Of a stretch of DNA of 64,000 nucleotides, positions 12,452-23,800 are shown one piece after another. The notes beneath the pieces were generated by a model. That model was not told the DNA's origin. It did no database searches and saw nothing but the letters and a program-made list of their open reading frames with translations. This stretch comes from Flaccisagitta enflata. Taxonomy: Eukaryota. The first letter of the stretch is position 1. Every line of letters begins with the position of its first letter. The position numbers and the translations under genes are program-made. The DNA is taken from contig OZ231126.1 in NCBI GenBank assembly GCA_965153355.1, forward strand, positions 28,582,001 to 28,646,000, read 5' to 3'.

Positions 12452-12493
12452 TATAAAAGGCAGTCGGCTGCCGAAGTTTCATTCTTCGCCATG
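12452..12493 (+). promoter_or_regulatory. Pol II core promoter of the recombinase gene: TATA box, Inr, Kozak-like start
   Basis: TATAAAAG at 12452, TCATTC initiator with its A at 12481 (29 nt downstream), GCCATG start at 12491; CCAAT at ~12277. Confidence 0.6.
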
Positions 12494-14302
12494 AAACAAT
12501 TTACCTGTCCGGTCTGCAAACGCCAAGAGCTGTGTACGTATGAAGGCGAGAATAAAAAGCCCACCATCCATTTGAACGTTCCTTGGCAGGGCCTTCCGTT
12601 AACAGTCACAAGCTCCGGCAAACAGTGCTACCCATGCCCGCGCTGCGAACTCGACGAGAACGGCGAGTCAAAGATCCGAACATGGACCCAAGCCGAGCTT
12701 CGAATTCACAAACGCCTGCGGCAACATTTCACCCGCCACCATCACGGCAAATTAGCCGATTTCTACACGCCCGAGGAGATAGTGAAATTTTATGATGACG
12801 CGCGTCGCCTAAGATGCGAATTGATCCACGGCCCCGAGATCGAGCAACGTGAAGAACCGCCAACCAATTCATCCAAGGCTGAAAGCCCGGAACCACCACC
12901 GAAGCGCGTTTGGAAAATTTCATTGACTCCGTCAACCAACATTACCCTTCCTTCGAACTTTGAAGGGTGGCTCGCCGGGGAAGTGAGTAAACTCACCGCT
13001 AAAACGTATAGCGGAGTGATCCGAATATTTCTCGAATTTCAACGAGCCAAGGGCGCAAAAGGCACCTTAGCGGATGTTTGGGACTTCGACGCCGTCAAAT
13101 TATTCTTGGATGAAAAGAAGAGCCAGGCCAAGCCGTCGACCCTCTTTAATTACTTTTTCGCTTTGCAATCGGCGCAAAAGTTCACTCAGCTTGAAGGGAT
13201 CGCGGCACCAACAAAGCTCACGACGTTGAAGTTTGACTCTTTGGGAAAGCAACTTTGCCGGGCGAAGACGGCTCACTACAAGGTCATTGCTGCGGAAAAG
13301 CGCAAGAGCGGAATTAGTCTTCATCTCGTGAAAGAGAAGATCCTGGACGATCCCGCTCCTCATACTCACTTCGACAAGCTCGTTCGTCAAGCTCAACAAG
13401 GGTTTTCGCTGACACCATCGGACTATCGCTGGGCGACGGGTTACGCGGCGTTCAACTTGCAGGCGAGTAACTTTAAGCGGAACGGGAATCTCGCCAAAAT
13501 CTCGTACGAAACAGCAATCAAGCGCCTCAAGGCTGCGTTGAGGAAGGGCACCTCTTGCGAACTTGAGGTAACCGAAGCGACTAAAACGGGCGGAACCGAG
13601 GTCTTCTCAGTCATCCATCGTGACCGTATCGAAATCCTTCTTCATTACGGCAAATTCATCCGGGCCAAAACAGCGAGCGGCCGACAGGACCCCGCTTTCT
13701 TTCTCAACAGCGTCGGGAAAAGGATTACCCAACTCGCGCCGTTTATCAAGGCCGTGGCAAAATCGGTCGGCCTACCTTCACTCACCATCAAAGATTTGAG
13801 GTCTCAAATTGAGACAGAGGCTGCGTTTCGAGGTGATTTAGTCGACCGGGCAGAAATCGCCAGTCATCTCGCTCATACAGAGGCAACGTGGGATCGTCAC
13901 TACCTCCTCAACGACCACAGGCGTAGTCGAAAGGCGGCAAAGGAGCTAATTATGCTCTTAGACCGCGCAGAACCTGATGCTACAATTGACACGGACTCGG
14001 ACGATGCGCAGGAAAGCGACTCGGATGCAGAAGCCGTAAGAGAATCGATCCCATCAACACCCACGGAGGATGCGGAGCCCACGGGGGAATCGAACCCTTC
14101 AACGTCCGCGGAAGACAGCACCGAACAACAGGAAAGCTCGCAAATAGATCAAAGTGTCACCGAGGAACCCGCCAAACTACCAACAGATGATTCAAGCTCA
14201 TCGCCTGAAGAAGAAAACTCTTCCGTCAACATCCGTCACCTTCGACGCGGGCGGACCGTGACCTCGGAAATGAGGCCAAAGCCGAAGAAGAGACGTAGAT
14301 GA
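12491..14302 (+). CDS. Tyrosine recombinase (Crypton-like, intronless) with N-terminal Zn-finger region, acidic tail and C-terminal NLS, 603 aa
   Basis: CPVC and CPRC..HFTRHH motifs; integrase core-binding-like region (F.GWL..SKLTAKTY..KPSTLFNY); catalytic set R330 (FKRNGNL), K365 (TKTGG), K434xxR437 (IKDLR), H462 (LAH), Y471; FFLNSVGK box; PKPKKRRR terminus. Confidence 0.85.
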   Translation: MKQFTCPVCKRQELCTYEGENKKPTIHLNVPWQGLPLTVTSSGKQCYPCPRCELDENGESKIRTWTQAELRIHKRLRQHFTRHHHGKLADFYTPEEIVKFYDDARRLRCELIHGPEIEQREEPPTNSSKAESPEPPPKRVWKISLTPSTNITLPSNFEGWLAGEVSKLTAKTYSGVIRIFLEFQRAKGAKGTLADVWDFDAVKLFLDEKKSQAKPSTLFNYFFALQSAQKFTQLEGIAAPTKLTTLKFDSLGKQLCRAKTAHYKVIAAEKRKSGISLHLVKEKILDDPAPHTHFDKLVRQAQQGFSLTPSDYRWATGYAAFNLQASNFKRNGNLAKISYETAIKRLKAALRKGTSCELEVTEATKTGGTEVFSVIHRDRIEILLHYGKFIRAKTASGRQDPAFFLNSVGKRITQLAPFIKAVAKSVGLPSLTIKDLRSQIETEAAFRGDLVDRAEIASHLAHTEATWDRHYLLNDHRRSRKAAKELIMLLDRAEPDATIDTDSDDAQESDSDAEAVRESIPSTPTEDAEPTGESNPSTSAEDSTEQQESSQIDQSVTEEPAKLPTDDSSSSPEEENSSVNIRHLRRGRTVTSEMRPKPKKRRR

Positions 14303-14471
14303 TCGCGGTGTTTTTTATTTGTAATAGAACTTGCCTACGTTTGTCCTATCACTGTTTATTTGCCCCATTCAGTCTCGGTCAAAGCGGTGGAAAGCCGCAG
14401 TTTTCGTTTAACGGTCAATTTTTGCCATCTTTCGGGTATGGATCTAGCTAGATAACGAGGGTATCGGGTTT

Positions 14472-15123
14472 TCTCGTTCGAGTCGAAAGACGGCCATGCA
14501 CCACCATTTGAGTACGCCAATCCTCGCGGAGTCTGCGCCGGGATTAGGTTCCCGGTGTTGAGTCAAGTTAAGCCCAGAGGGTAGGGTTCATCCGTCAATT
14601 CCTTTAAGTTTCGCATCGTTATTGATCGTCACTACCTCCCCGTGCCGGGAGTGGGTAATTTGCGTGCCTGCTGCCTTCCTTGGATGTGGTAGCCGTTTCT
14701 CATGCTCCCTCTCCGGTATAGAACCCTTATTCCCCGCTACCCGTTATCACCACGGTAGGCCGGGCTCCTACCGTCGACAGTTGATAAGGCAGACATTTAT
14801 TAGATCAGCCGCCGGCGCAAGGCCATGCGGTCAAGTGGAGTTATCCAGAGTTCATCAAGGAGGTCGACCGCCACGGTCCGAGAACCGCGCTGCATCGGCT
14901 GGTCTTGAAGGGATAAAGACGTCGCGACCCTCGCGGGCCCCGACGGCGACAGGCATGTATTAGCTCTAGAATTACCACAGTTATCCAAACGTCACGTCCG
15001 AAGACGCGACCGAAGATCTAAGGAACCATAGCTGATTTAATGAGCCGTTCGCGGCTTAGCCATTTGGCGGCATGTGCTGACACTTGCATGGCTTAATCTT
15101 TGAGACAAGCATATGATCAACCA
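14472..15123 (-). pseudogene. Internally deleted 18S rRNA-derived sequence (mini-18S), copy 2
   Basis: Same conserved SSU blocks and deletion pattern as 9228-9876. Confidence 0.9.
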
Positions 15124-15497
15124 AGAGAAACATCGAGAAGGAGGTGGGTCATCGAGTTGTAAGCACTTCGTGGAGGGATCGGAAGGGAAACAGAAGGAAA
15201 AAGAGAGCCTCTACCAGGTCCCACGAGCGTCACTAGATAGGACCAATACTGAGCTGATGCCGGCCAACACCGGCAACTACCGCTCCGGACATGGACAGGC
15301 TATGGACAGGCAAGGTAACAGACAGGCAAACATCGGACAAGGGTATGGCCACCACCAACCCCGCCTACCTCAGAGAGCAGGCATCGGTCAATCGGTCAAC
15401 AGGGAGGGGCAGAGATAGCCGTGAGAGAAAGAGAGATAGAAAGAGGGAGGAATAGAGAGAAACAGAGAGAGGACAAGCGATCCCCCAATCCCTCAAA

Positions 15498-15628
15498 GAG
15501 CTGGAATTACTGTGGCTGCCTCGTTAGACCCGTATCATTATTGATCGTCACTACCTCGCCCTAGAAGTGGTAATTTGCGTGCCTGCTGCCTTCCTTGGAT
15601 GTGGCTGCGGTTTCTCATGCTCCCTCTC
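15498..15628 (-). pseudogene. Second 18S rRNA-derived fragment, copy 2
   Basis: Counterpart of 10251-10381. Confidence 0.85.
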
Positions 15629-16400
15629 GGTTGCAGGGACCGCGTCGCTACCCCTCGCAAAAAACGGGGTGGGGTCGCATCGCTATCACCCCAGCCGCCT
15701 GGACGAGGGTGCTAGCCGGGACCCAGGAAAAGCGACAGGTCCATCGCGAGCCGATTTGAGGTGCGGCGACTCCCCGTGCTGCCAGCGAGGAATCGGGTTT
15801 CGGGTCTGAGAAAGCCCGTCGTGTTGTTTTCATAGCCTCAGCCGTGAGGCTCGCGTATATGCCTCTCCCGATGGATGGATCGATCCAGGTCGCCCCATCG
15901 ACGGTCGCTCGTAGTGTCGAGGCTCGGTCCCGTCGCCAACCGATCCCCGCTGATTTTTCGCCCCTACAGTGCTGGTCGCGTAAGATGGCGGTGCATCGTC
16001 GCGGACCGAAGAAGCCCATCGCGCTGCCTCTCATACCCTTCTCTCGAGTGTCGAGGCTCGGTCACGTCGCCAACCGATCCCCGCTGATTTTTCGCCCCTA
16101 CGGTGCTGGTCGCGTACGATGTCGGTGCATCGTCGCGGACGGAAGAAGCCCATCGCGCTGCCTTTCATACCCTCGGCCAGGAAGCCCACTTCACTGCCCC
16201 TCCCGGAGAAAGGACGGGGCCGGGTCGTGTCGCCATCACCGGAGCCGCTTGGACAAGGGTGCTAGCCGGGACCCGCGGGTAGCGGTGAGACCGTCCGATG
16301 GTCTCTCTGGGCGGAAGGGAGGTCGCGGCGAATCCACCGGACCCGCCACACCAGGCGAGCCGAGGCCTCCCCTACCCAGTAAGGGAATTCCACGTGACAT

Positions 16401-16592
16401 GAGGGGCTAGCGGGGTTGAAATCCATTATGAAGCAATTTGGCTTCTGGGTGATATTGACAGGTCAATTTGACAAAAAGTCCCTTATATATGTATCTCTAT
16501 ACATTATAAAGGCTATATAGAGCAAATCAGCCTGCCTATCTGACCAACAAATGAAATCGCTTTAACATGGATTTCAACCCCGCTAGCCCCTC
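16401..16592. repeat. 26-bp inverted repeat, copy 2
   Basis: GAGGGGCTAGCGGGGTTGAAATCCAT (16401-16426) / ATGGATTTCAACCCCGCTAGCCCCTC (16567-16592). Confidence 0.9.
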
Positions 16593-16637
16593 TTTTAACC
16601 CGGATCAAAAACGGGATCCCTTCATTTTCTATATAAA

Positions 16638-16952
16638 TTAGGGTTAGGGTTAGGGTTTGACTCACTTTGGAGGTACGTCCTTCTGAAACGAGTAAAAATG
16701 GGTTAGGGTTAGGGTTAGGGTTAGACTTCACTTTGGAGGTACATTTTGCGGGTTAGGGTTAGGGTTAGGGTTTGACTTCACTTTTGAGGTACGTCCTTCT
16801 GAAACGAGTAAAAATGGGTTAGGGTTAGGGTTAGGGTTAGACTTCACTTTGGAGGTACATTTTGCGGGTTAGGGTTAGGGTTTGACTTCACTTTTGAGGT
16901 ACGTCCTTCTGAAACGAGTAAAAATGGGTTAGGGTTAGGGTTAGGGTTAGAC
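16638..16952 (+). repeat. TTAGGG/spacer array of copy 2, left part
   Basis: Same pattern as 11387-12131; resumes at 26721. Confidence 0.9.
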
Positions 16953-17743
16953 TGTAGGTTTTGTTAGGTTTATTACTTTCTAAACCATGTACTTTACCTT
17001 GTTCCATATATAGCACAATAATCTCATTAGCATATTGTGGTAATATTATGGCGTAGAATGATAGTCCGGCTCATGCCCTTTCATTTGATATATTGCTCCG
17101 CCTTTTCCTATGTACGGTTTCCGAGTTATGGGTCCTTTTGTATTACCACCCCAGGGGTATCTCAGGGGTACCTCAGCTTTCAATGGGTTACCCCCCCATG
17201 GTCGACATATCAACCGGCCTCTCGTATAAACCTTAGCTAAAGGCGACCTCAAATCTGGGGTCCGTTTGCCCCTATCTCCAGCCGTTTAGCGGGTACTGCC
17301 CCTGCCCTTATCTGGGACTCTGCCTCTGGTTTTCTTGAGCAGCCCAGATGCTCTTTTATCTCGATGCCAATCTCGCTATATAGAGGGCAGCATTGTTCCG
17401 CTGTCCTTCAGTTATATTGCTCCTTTGTTTGGGTCTCCATTCCCCTCTCTGGTCATGTGACCCAAAACTGTCATGGCAGCCTCCTTGCACCGAGCCGGAG
17501 GGACTGCCAACCTTAGGAAAGTATTCCATTCATTCTGGTTCTTTCTCCTTGGTCTTGAAGGCCACATGTTTTATGTCTCTGAATAAATGCCTAGGCAAAA
17601 GCCAGGCTCATCTGTGGACTTGTGTTTTATTTAAGGCCAAGAGCCTTTGTATTCACCTATGTACCCCAAGGGTACTTGTGGTAATTCTCACGATTACATT
17701 GGGGCTGGATTGGAGTCTCCAGCCCACTTGTGGTACACCTACA
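16953..17743 (+). repeat. 5' LTR of Gypsy A
   Basis: About 1% different from 25930-26720 (roughly 8 substitutions counted by eye). Confidence 0.97.
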
Positions 17744-19495
17744 AATTGGTTTATCCCGACTTAAAGAACAATTATTCCACCAACCTTCTGAAACTAACTA
17801 CAGAACCCCCCCTGTGAGAAGCTCTTCAACCTGTAAGAGGCACCGCAGGGGGCCCCCAATCGCCGTCATTAAGCCCAAAGTGGACTCAAAACAACCAACA
17901 ACAAGAGGAGATCCCGAGACTTGGCCCAATCAAGGGCTGTCAAGGGCAAACACCGGGCCGGTCCAGCGCCTTGGAGATAGGCAGAAAGGAGGGTCTGGTG
18001 CAGGAACCAGCACCCACCCCATTGGGTGAGCCAGACACGAGAGTGACAGACTCATAAACTGACACTTTCTTCACCTCCAGACCGACCAACTGACATAACA
18101 GCTTTAAAACTATGTCATTTCATCTTGTTGTTTTCCCTGCCATTTTTATCCACATGTGATCGGCTACAAACGTCTCCTGAGAGCCAACACCATCGACCTG
18201 CGATCCCAGACCTGTCAAGGAGGTCAACCACTTCGAGCTGCATCGCATCCCACCCTCCAACCGATCGTCAGCAGCCTCAACATCGCCGGCGACAGTTACA
18301 TCAGTTTAACTGCAACAACAGCTTTATTCTGCAACTACAAACGGCTCTCGAACGAAAACGACATCGCCAATCGACTTGAAACGTGGCATGGTAGTCGACC
18401 AACTCGAACTGCATCACACTGCATCCTCCATTCGATTCCGACGGGCCTCCAACACCTCGTCGACGCCCCCCTCAGTCTAACAACAACAAACTGCATCCAT
18501 CAACTTTGAAAGGCTCTCGAACCCAGAGTTCTCAATGGATCGTTATGAAACCGACTGAGGACGTTCATCACATCGAGGACCAACAGCTCGAGCCTTCAGA
18601 TCGACTCCGACACGCCTCCAACGCCTCGTCGTCGACCCCATCGCATCGGCAACTTCGACGAGCCGCTGCGCAGCCGCCTGTTTACTGACGATCACAAAAC
18701 TCACCAGGGACATCCCCAGACACGCTGGGTACAACATCCAACAGTTTCCAAACCTCCTCGTCCACCAGCTTCGCGACGGCACCCTCGAGTCCACCAGGAA
18801 GCACTTCTTGAAGGAAGCGGCTGCAGACGCCAAACCACTTCATTTAGGAACGAACAAAGCAGCTAAAAGCTTCATCCTCACCTCCTCTACGATCTCCAAC
18901 AGTCACCACGGCTCCGACACAACGCATTCTCGCCGTGGGCGCCTCTGTAATCGACGACCTCTTCCAATGCTTCCACAACTTTAATGAAATTCAACTTCAA
19001 TCGTCCATATCTCTGGAACCGCTTGGCCAATTTCGATGAGCTTTTGCATGGTGATACAACTCGACTTCCTCTACAACATCGAATCATCAGCAACATCATT
19101 TCTCAACGTTCTCGCTCATCTCCTCATTTAGCTCAGCTTGAGCTAGTTGTTATCTTTGTTACATATGTGCCAGTGTCATTGCACATAGTCTACATCGTGT
19201 TAATGTGTCATTTATCGATTCTACAACTACACAAAAGTGTAAACAAGTGTCTCTACTCATCCTCATCATCTTTAGATCGAATCTAAAGAGTTTTACATCG
19301 AATTCTAAGAGTTGACATCGAATCTCCGCCTATTCTCAATTGCCTTCGATCTCTCTTTGTTCCTGCTTCTCTCATGTGACATGTGACATGTGACAAATCC
19401 TTTTGTCTCTTCTCTGGAACCGAGATCGCGATCTCGAGCTCGTGACAAGTTTAAAACTAAAACCAAAATCATGATCATCATCCAAAGCCATTCAA

Positions 19496-20842
19496 ATGAG
19501 TGGAAATCGTGATAACCTCACTCTGCCAACTGACAACAGATACATTCCTCGAGTCCTTCGTTCTCGTAGCGTCTCTCCTCGTCTCTCTCCATCCTCTTAT
19601 CATTGTGAAGAGGGTCTTCAAGTGTTTAACTTCGACGACGACAGCCAACGACGCCCATTGTCCAGTCTCTCACTCAGAGAGATAGACCAAATTCGAATCG
19701 ACTCTGCAGCAGCTTCAGCTGCCACAACAACAGAAGCAACGATGTCTGTAACACAGGAACAGTTCCAACAGTTGCAGCAGATGATGGAAACGCAACAGAA
19801 GCAAATTCAAGAGATGAAGGAAGCTGCACAAGTCCAGCATTCAAATCTACTCGAGTCACAACGTCAGCTGCAGATCTCACAAGACACAGTACAGTCCCTC
19901 ACCCAATCATTTCAGAGCCTCTCCACACAGCCTCGAGCAGCTGCAGCATCAGCAAGGAAGAAGCCTGACCTCCCTCCCTTCGATCCCAAGAACATCATTG
20001 TGTGGATTCGACGCCTCAACGCCGCCTATGATCGAGCAGCCATCACTCTTGCAAAAGATAAGTTTGCATTTTTAGAATCTACTTTTCCAGTAAAACAAAA
20101 TGCCACCATCGATGCCTTCATGTATGGCACAAACACTGACGATGACTGGGAGGATTTTATGACTTATTTGAAAGATGAATATGGTCCTACAATCAGACAG
20201 AAAGCAGTCAAACTCATGAGTGACAACCCAAGACATGATGTCAAGCCTTCAGTCTTTCTTGCCCAGTTGGTTGATGACACTCGAGATGTCACAGTAGACC
20301 ACATTCTGAGAGAACATGTTCTCAAATCCATCCCACCTCGAATTAGAGAAATAATGGGGAAAGAAGTCGAGCAGATGACAGCCCAAGAAGTAGCTAAAAT
20401 GGCTGATGATTTCTTTGACAGAAATGGCAGACCCATCGAGAAGTCGACTCACCCCATCAACAACATCGTCAACAGCAACTCCAGCTCCTCTTCAGCTTCT
20501 GCTTCACCCTTCACAGCAGCTTTTCAAGACGACGACGACTCTGAGGTCAATTTTGTAAAAAGAGGAAGTGGACAAGGAAATAGACAACGCTCCAAGAGTC
20601 GTAATTTCCGCAGCAACAGTCGTCCTCCCTTCAACAGCAGCTCCAACAGCTCGTCCACTGCAGCAACTGCTTCAGCCTCAAGCTCCTCGTCTTCTCAGCA
20701 GAACAAGCAAGGAATGTGCAGATGGCATCGACGATTTGGTCAGAAGTCAACAAAATGTGTTACAGATTGTTCTCTGTATCAGTCTTTCCTCTCTCAACAA
20801 CGACAAGGCTCGGGAAACGGCCAGGGGGGACGCCGACAGTGA
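19496..20842 (+). CDS. gag: Gag of Gypsy A
   Basis: Coiled-coil, LPPF..WI capsid-like motif, [18 protein letters not shown] (CHCC) knuckle. Confidence 0.93.
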   Translation: MSGNRDNLTLPTDNRYIPRVLRSRSVSPRLSPSSYHCEEGLQVFNFDDDSQRRPLSSLSLREIDQIRIDSAAASAATTTEATMSVTQEQFQQLQQMMETQQKQIQEMKEAAQVQHSNLLESQRQLQISQDTVQSLTQSFQSLSTQPRAAAASARKKPDLPPFDPKNIIVWIRRLNAAYDRAAITLAKDKFAFLESTFPVKQNATIDAFMYGTNTDDDWEDFMTYLKDEYGPTIRQKAVKLMSDNPRHDVKPSVFLAQLVDDTRDVTVDHILREHVLKSIPPRIREIMGKEVEQMTAQEVAKMADDFFDRNGRPIEKSTHPINNIVNSNSSSSSASASPFTAAFQDDDDSEVNFVKRGSGQGNRQRSKSRNFRSNSRPPFNSSSNSSSTAATASASSSSSSQQNKQGMCRWHRRFGQKSTKCVTDCSLYQSFLSQQRQGSGNGQGGRRQ

Positions 20843-23800
20843 ACTCGGCCGTCTCCCCCAACAACAGAAACAGCGATTTGTTATTTGTTCACGACGCTGG
20901 CGACCAACGTAGATGGCTCATTGATGGAGGCGCCGTGCTCTCCATAATGCCCCCAACCATGGCACAACGTCTCAAAGGTCCAACAGAGGCCCAATTGCAA
21001 GCAGCAAATGGCACCAGGATCGCATGTTATGGGGTGAGTCTCGAAACTATCACACTAGCTGACAGGCAGATTTCGTTTCCAATCACCATAGCTGACGTTA
21101 AACAGCCAATTTTGGGGGCTGATTTTCTAGCCCATTCATTTCTAGCTCCCAATCATCGTGATGGGACCCTAATAGACTTGAAAGACTATTCTGTTTTGAA
21201 GGCAAATTTTGACAATGACTCAGAGCCCATCAGAATAAACTACGTTGACCAAGCCACTGACCCTTATTATCAGTTATTGGACCGTTACCCAACCCTTTCA
21301 AATCCATCATTTCGAGTGAAGGAAGTTGAACATGGAGTAACTCATCACATCCCCACTGACGGACCACCAGTTCAGTCCAGAGCCAGGAAATTATCCCCAG
21401 AGAAGCTCGCGGTGGCCAAGGCAGAAATAGAAAAATTGGTTGAATTAGGCGTTTGTCAGAGAGGCAAGAGTGAGTGGTCGTCGCCACTGCTTGTCACAAC
21501 CAAGCCTTGTAGTAGCCCATGTACTTGCGAACAAGAGAGTCCATGTGGAGGATGGAGAGTATGTGGTGATTACCGCAGATTGAATGCTATGACGACTACC
21601 GACAGATATCCTGTAAGAAATCTGACAGACTTCAACAATGAACTTCGCGGAATGAAATATTTCAGCAAAGTAGATCTCCTAAAAGGGTATCACCAGATAC
21701 CCGTGTTCTCAGAACACATAAGGAAGACAGCAGTTATCACTCCATTTGGTTTATATGTCTTTCCACGATGTCCTTTTGGCCTGAAAAATGCAGGCCAGGA
21801 CTTTCAACGTCTAATGGACCAAATACTAGGAGATATTCCCCATACCTTTGTCTACTTGGATGATGTGTTGATCGCATCTGCCACCAAGGAAGAGCACCTC
21901 GAGGATCTCGAGAGGGTCTTTAAGATCCTAGCAGAGAATGGCCTTGTAATCAACAGGAAGAAATGCATCCTGGGAGCTTCCTCAGTTGAGTTTCTTGGCC
22001 ATCTTGTCGACGCCGATGGCATCCGTCCTCTTCCTGAAAAAGTAGAGGCCATCCGCAAAGTCAAGCCTCCAACATCTGTCAAGGAGCTGAGACGCTTCCT
22101 TGGCATGGTAAATTATTACCGACGATTTGTTCAAGCTGCTGCTCATCATCTCTATCATCTTTTCGACGCTCTCAAAGCAAGTCCAAAGAGATTAGGATGG
22201 ACTGAAGACATGCAGTTATCATTTGATGCTATTAAAGATGCCCTCGCTAATTCTACCATGCTGCACCACCCTGACTCAAGCCTGCCTCTAGCCATTACTA
22301 CCGACGCTTCTGACGTTGCTATGGGGGCTGTCATTGAGCAGAGGGGCCCCAAAGGATGGGAGCCGTTGGCCTTTTGGTCGAAAAAGTTCTCTGATACACA
22401 GCAAAACTGGTGTCCTTATGACAGGGAGCTGAATGCAGCACACAAGGCCATACGTCATTTCAAATATATGGTAGAAGGACGTCCTTTTACACTTTACACT
22501 GACCATCAGAGTTTAGTGCCATCAATCCACAAAAAGACAGATGCACCAACTTCGCGACAAATGAATCAATTAAGTGAGATCGCGGAATACACAACCGACA
22601 TTAGATACTTAGAAGGCAAAAGCAACTTCGTAGCCGATGCTTTATCAAGGCCAAACGGAGAAATCTCAACCAAAAAGCCTTCCAGCATCTCCAACGTCTC
22701 AACTGCATCTCAACATGGTCGTCATCTCTTTCTACTGCAGCTTGATCTTCTAAAAAATCAACCTGACATCTCTTCCATCACTCCAGCTCAATGGTGGACA
22801 ACAGACGATCAACCTGATGTCTCTGCAATCTCCACAATGCAAGATCCTTCAGCAACCGCATCCGCTGCAACAGCTCCAGCTGCTCGTCAAAAGAGAGTCT
22901 CTTTTGCTTCCCCAGTCACGCAGACAGATGTCAGACAGAGCCAAAAGCAATTATTTTCATCTCTATGGGAAGAATTAGCTGATTTTGATGTCCAATTCAA
23001 AAATGAAGCAAAATCCTCCAAGAGCAGCTTCTCAAGCCTCTCGTCGACCAACGGCTCACCCAGGAACCTTCAAAATGGCCATGCCGTCACATCTCCACCT
23101 GCTGAACACGATGGTACTGTCAAAACAACAATCCAACATGGTCTTGTGGATCCGATGCTGAGTCAAAGGTTATGCAACAACAAAAACATCAAAAATGCAT
23201 CACTTGACGAGCCACTGCGGCCGAACGCCTCGAGATCAACCTCTGAAACTGGTCAAGCATGTACATCTGAACAAGATCTATCAAACGCGACCATCCGCGG
23301 GTCTCTAGCTCAAACCGTTCTCACTCCAGAGCCTTTCAAAGCTGAAAAAGCCAAAATTGCATCAGACAGGGGTCTAGATAATGCAGCAACTACGCTAATT
23401 TTGCAATTTCCCGGCCACAAAGGACATCTGAAAGTTAAAAATTTTCTACCTCACAGTTCTCGACACGCCGGATCCAATGGCGACGTCCGCGGGCACGTAA
23501 CTATGGCGGTTTCGGAGAAAAAGAGCGAAAACAACCAAATTTTTGCACACAGGGCTCCAGAAAGTGCAGCAAATGTAGCATTTACTCAATTTCTCGACGA
23601 CAAAAAGCCTCAGAAGCTTGAAAATTTGCTATCTGACAGTCTTCGCCATGCCGAATCCATTGGCGAGGTCCGTGGGCACACAGATCCAACCGTTTTTGAG
23701 ATAAACACCGAAACAGGCGAAAATTCCTCAAAAAAAGTCCCTGATCATAAGATAGAAGAGCTGCAAGCCGTTGTAAACGCTATCGATCACTACAACATTG

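Noticed and set aside
12144-16952. DIRS/Ngaro retrotransposon as the identity of the YR unit
   Set aside because: No RT/RNase H or gag in the unit; the adjacent RTs belong to DDE-integrase Gypsy elements bounded by their own LTRs
17744-19495. Extra or env-like ORFs in the long 5' leaders of the Gypsy elements (also 28949-30466)
   Set aside because: Short, low-complexity and not conserved between A and B
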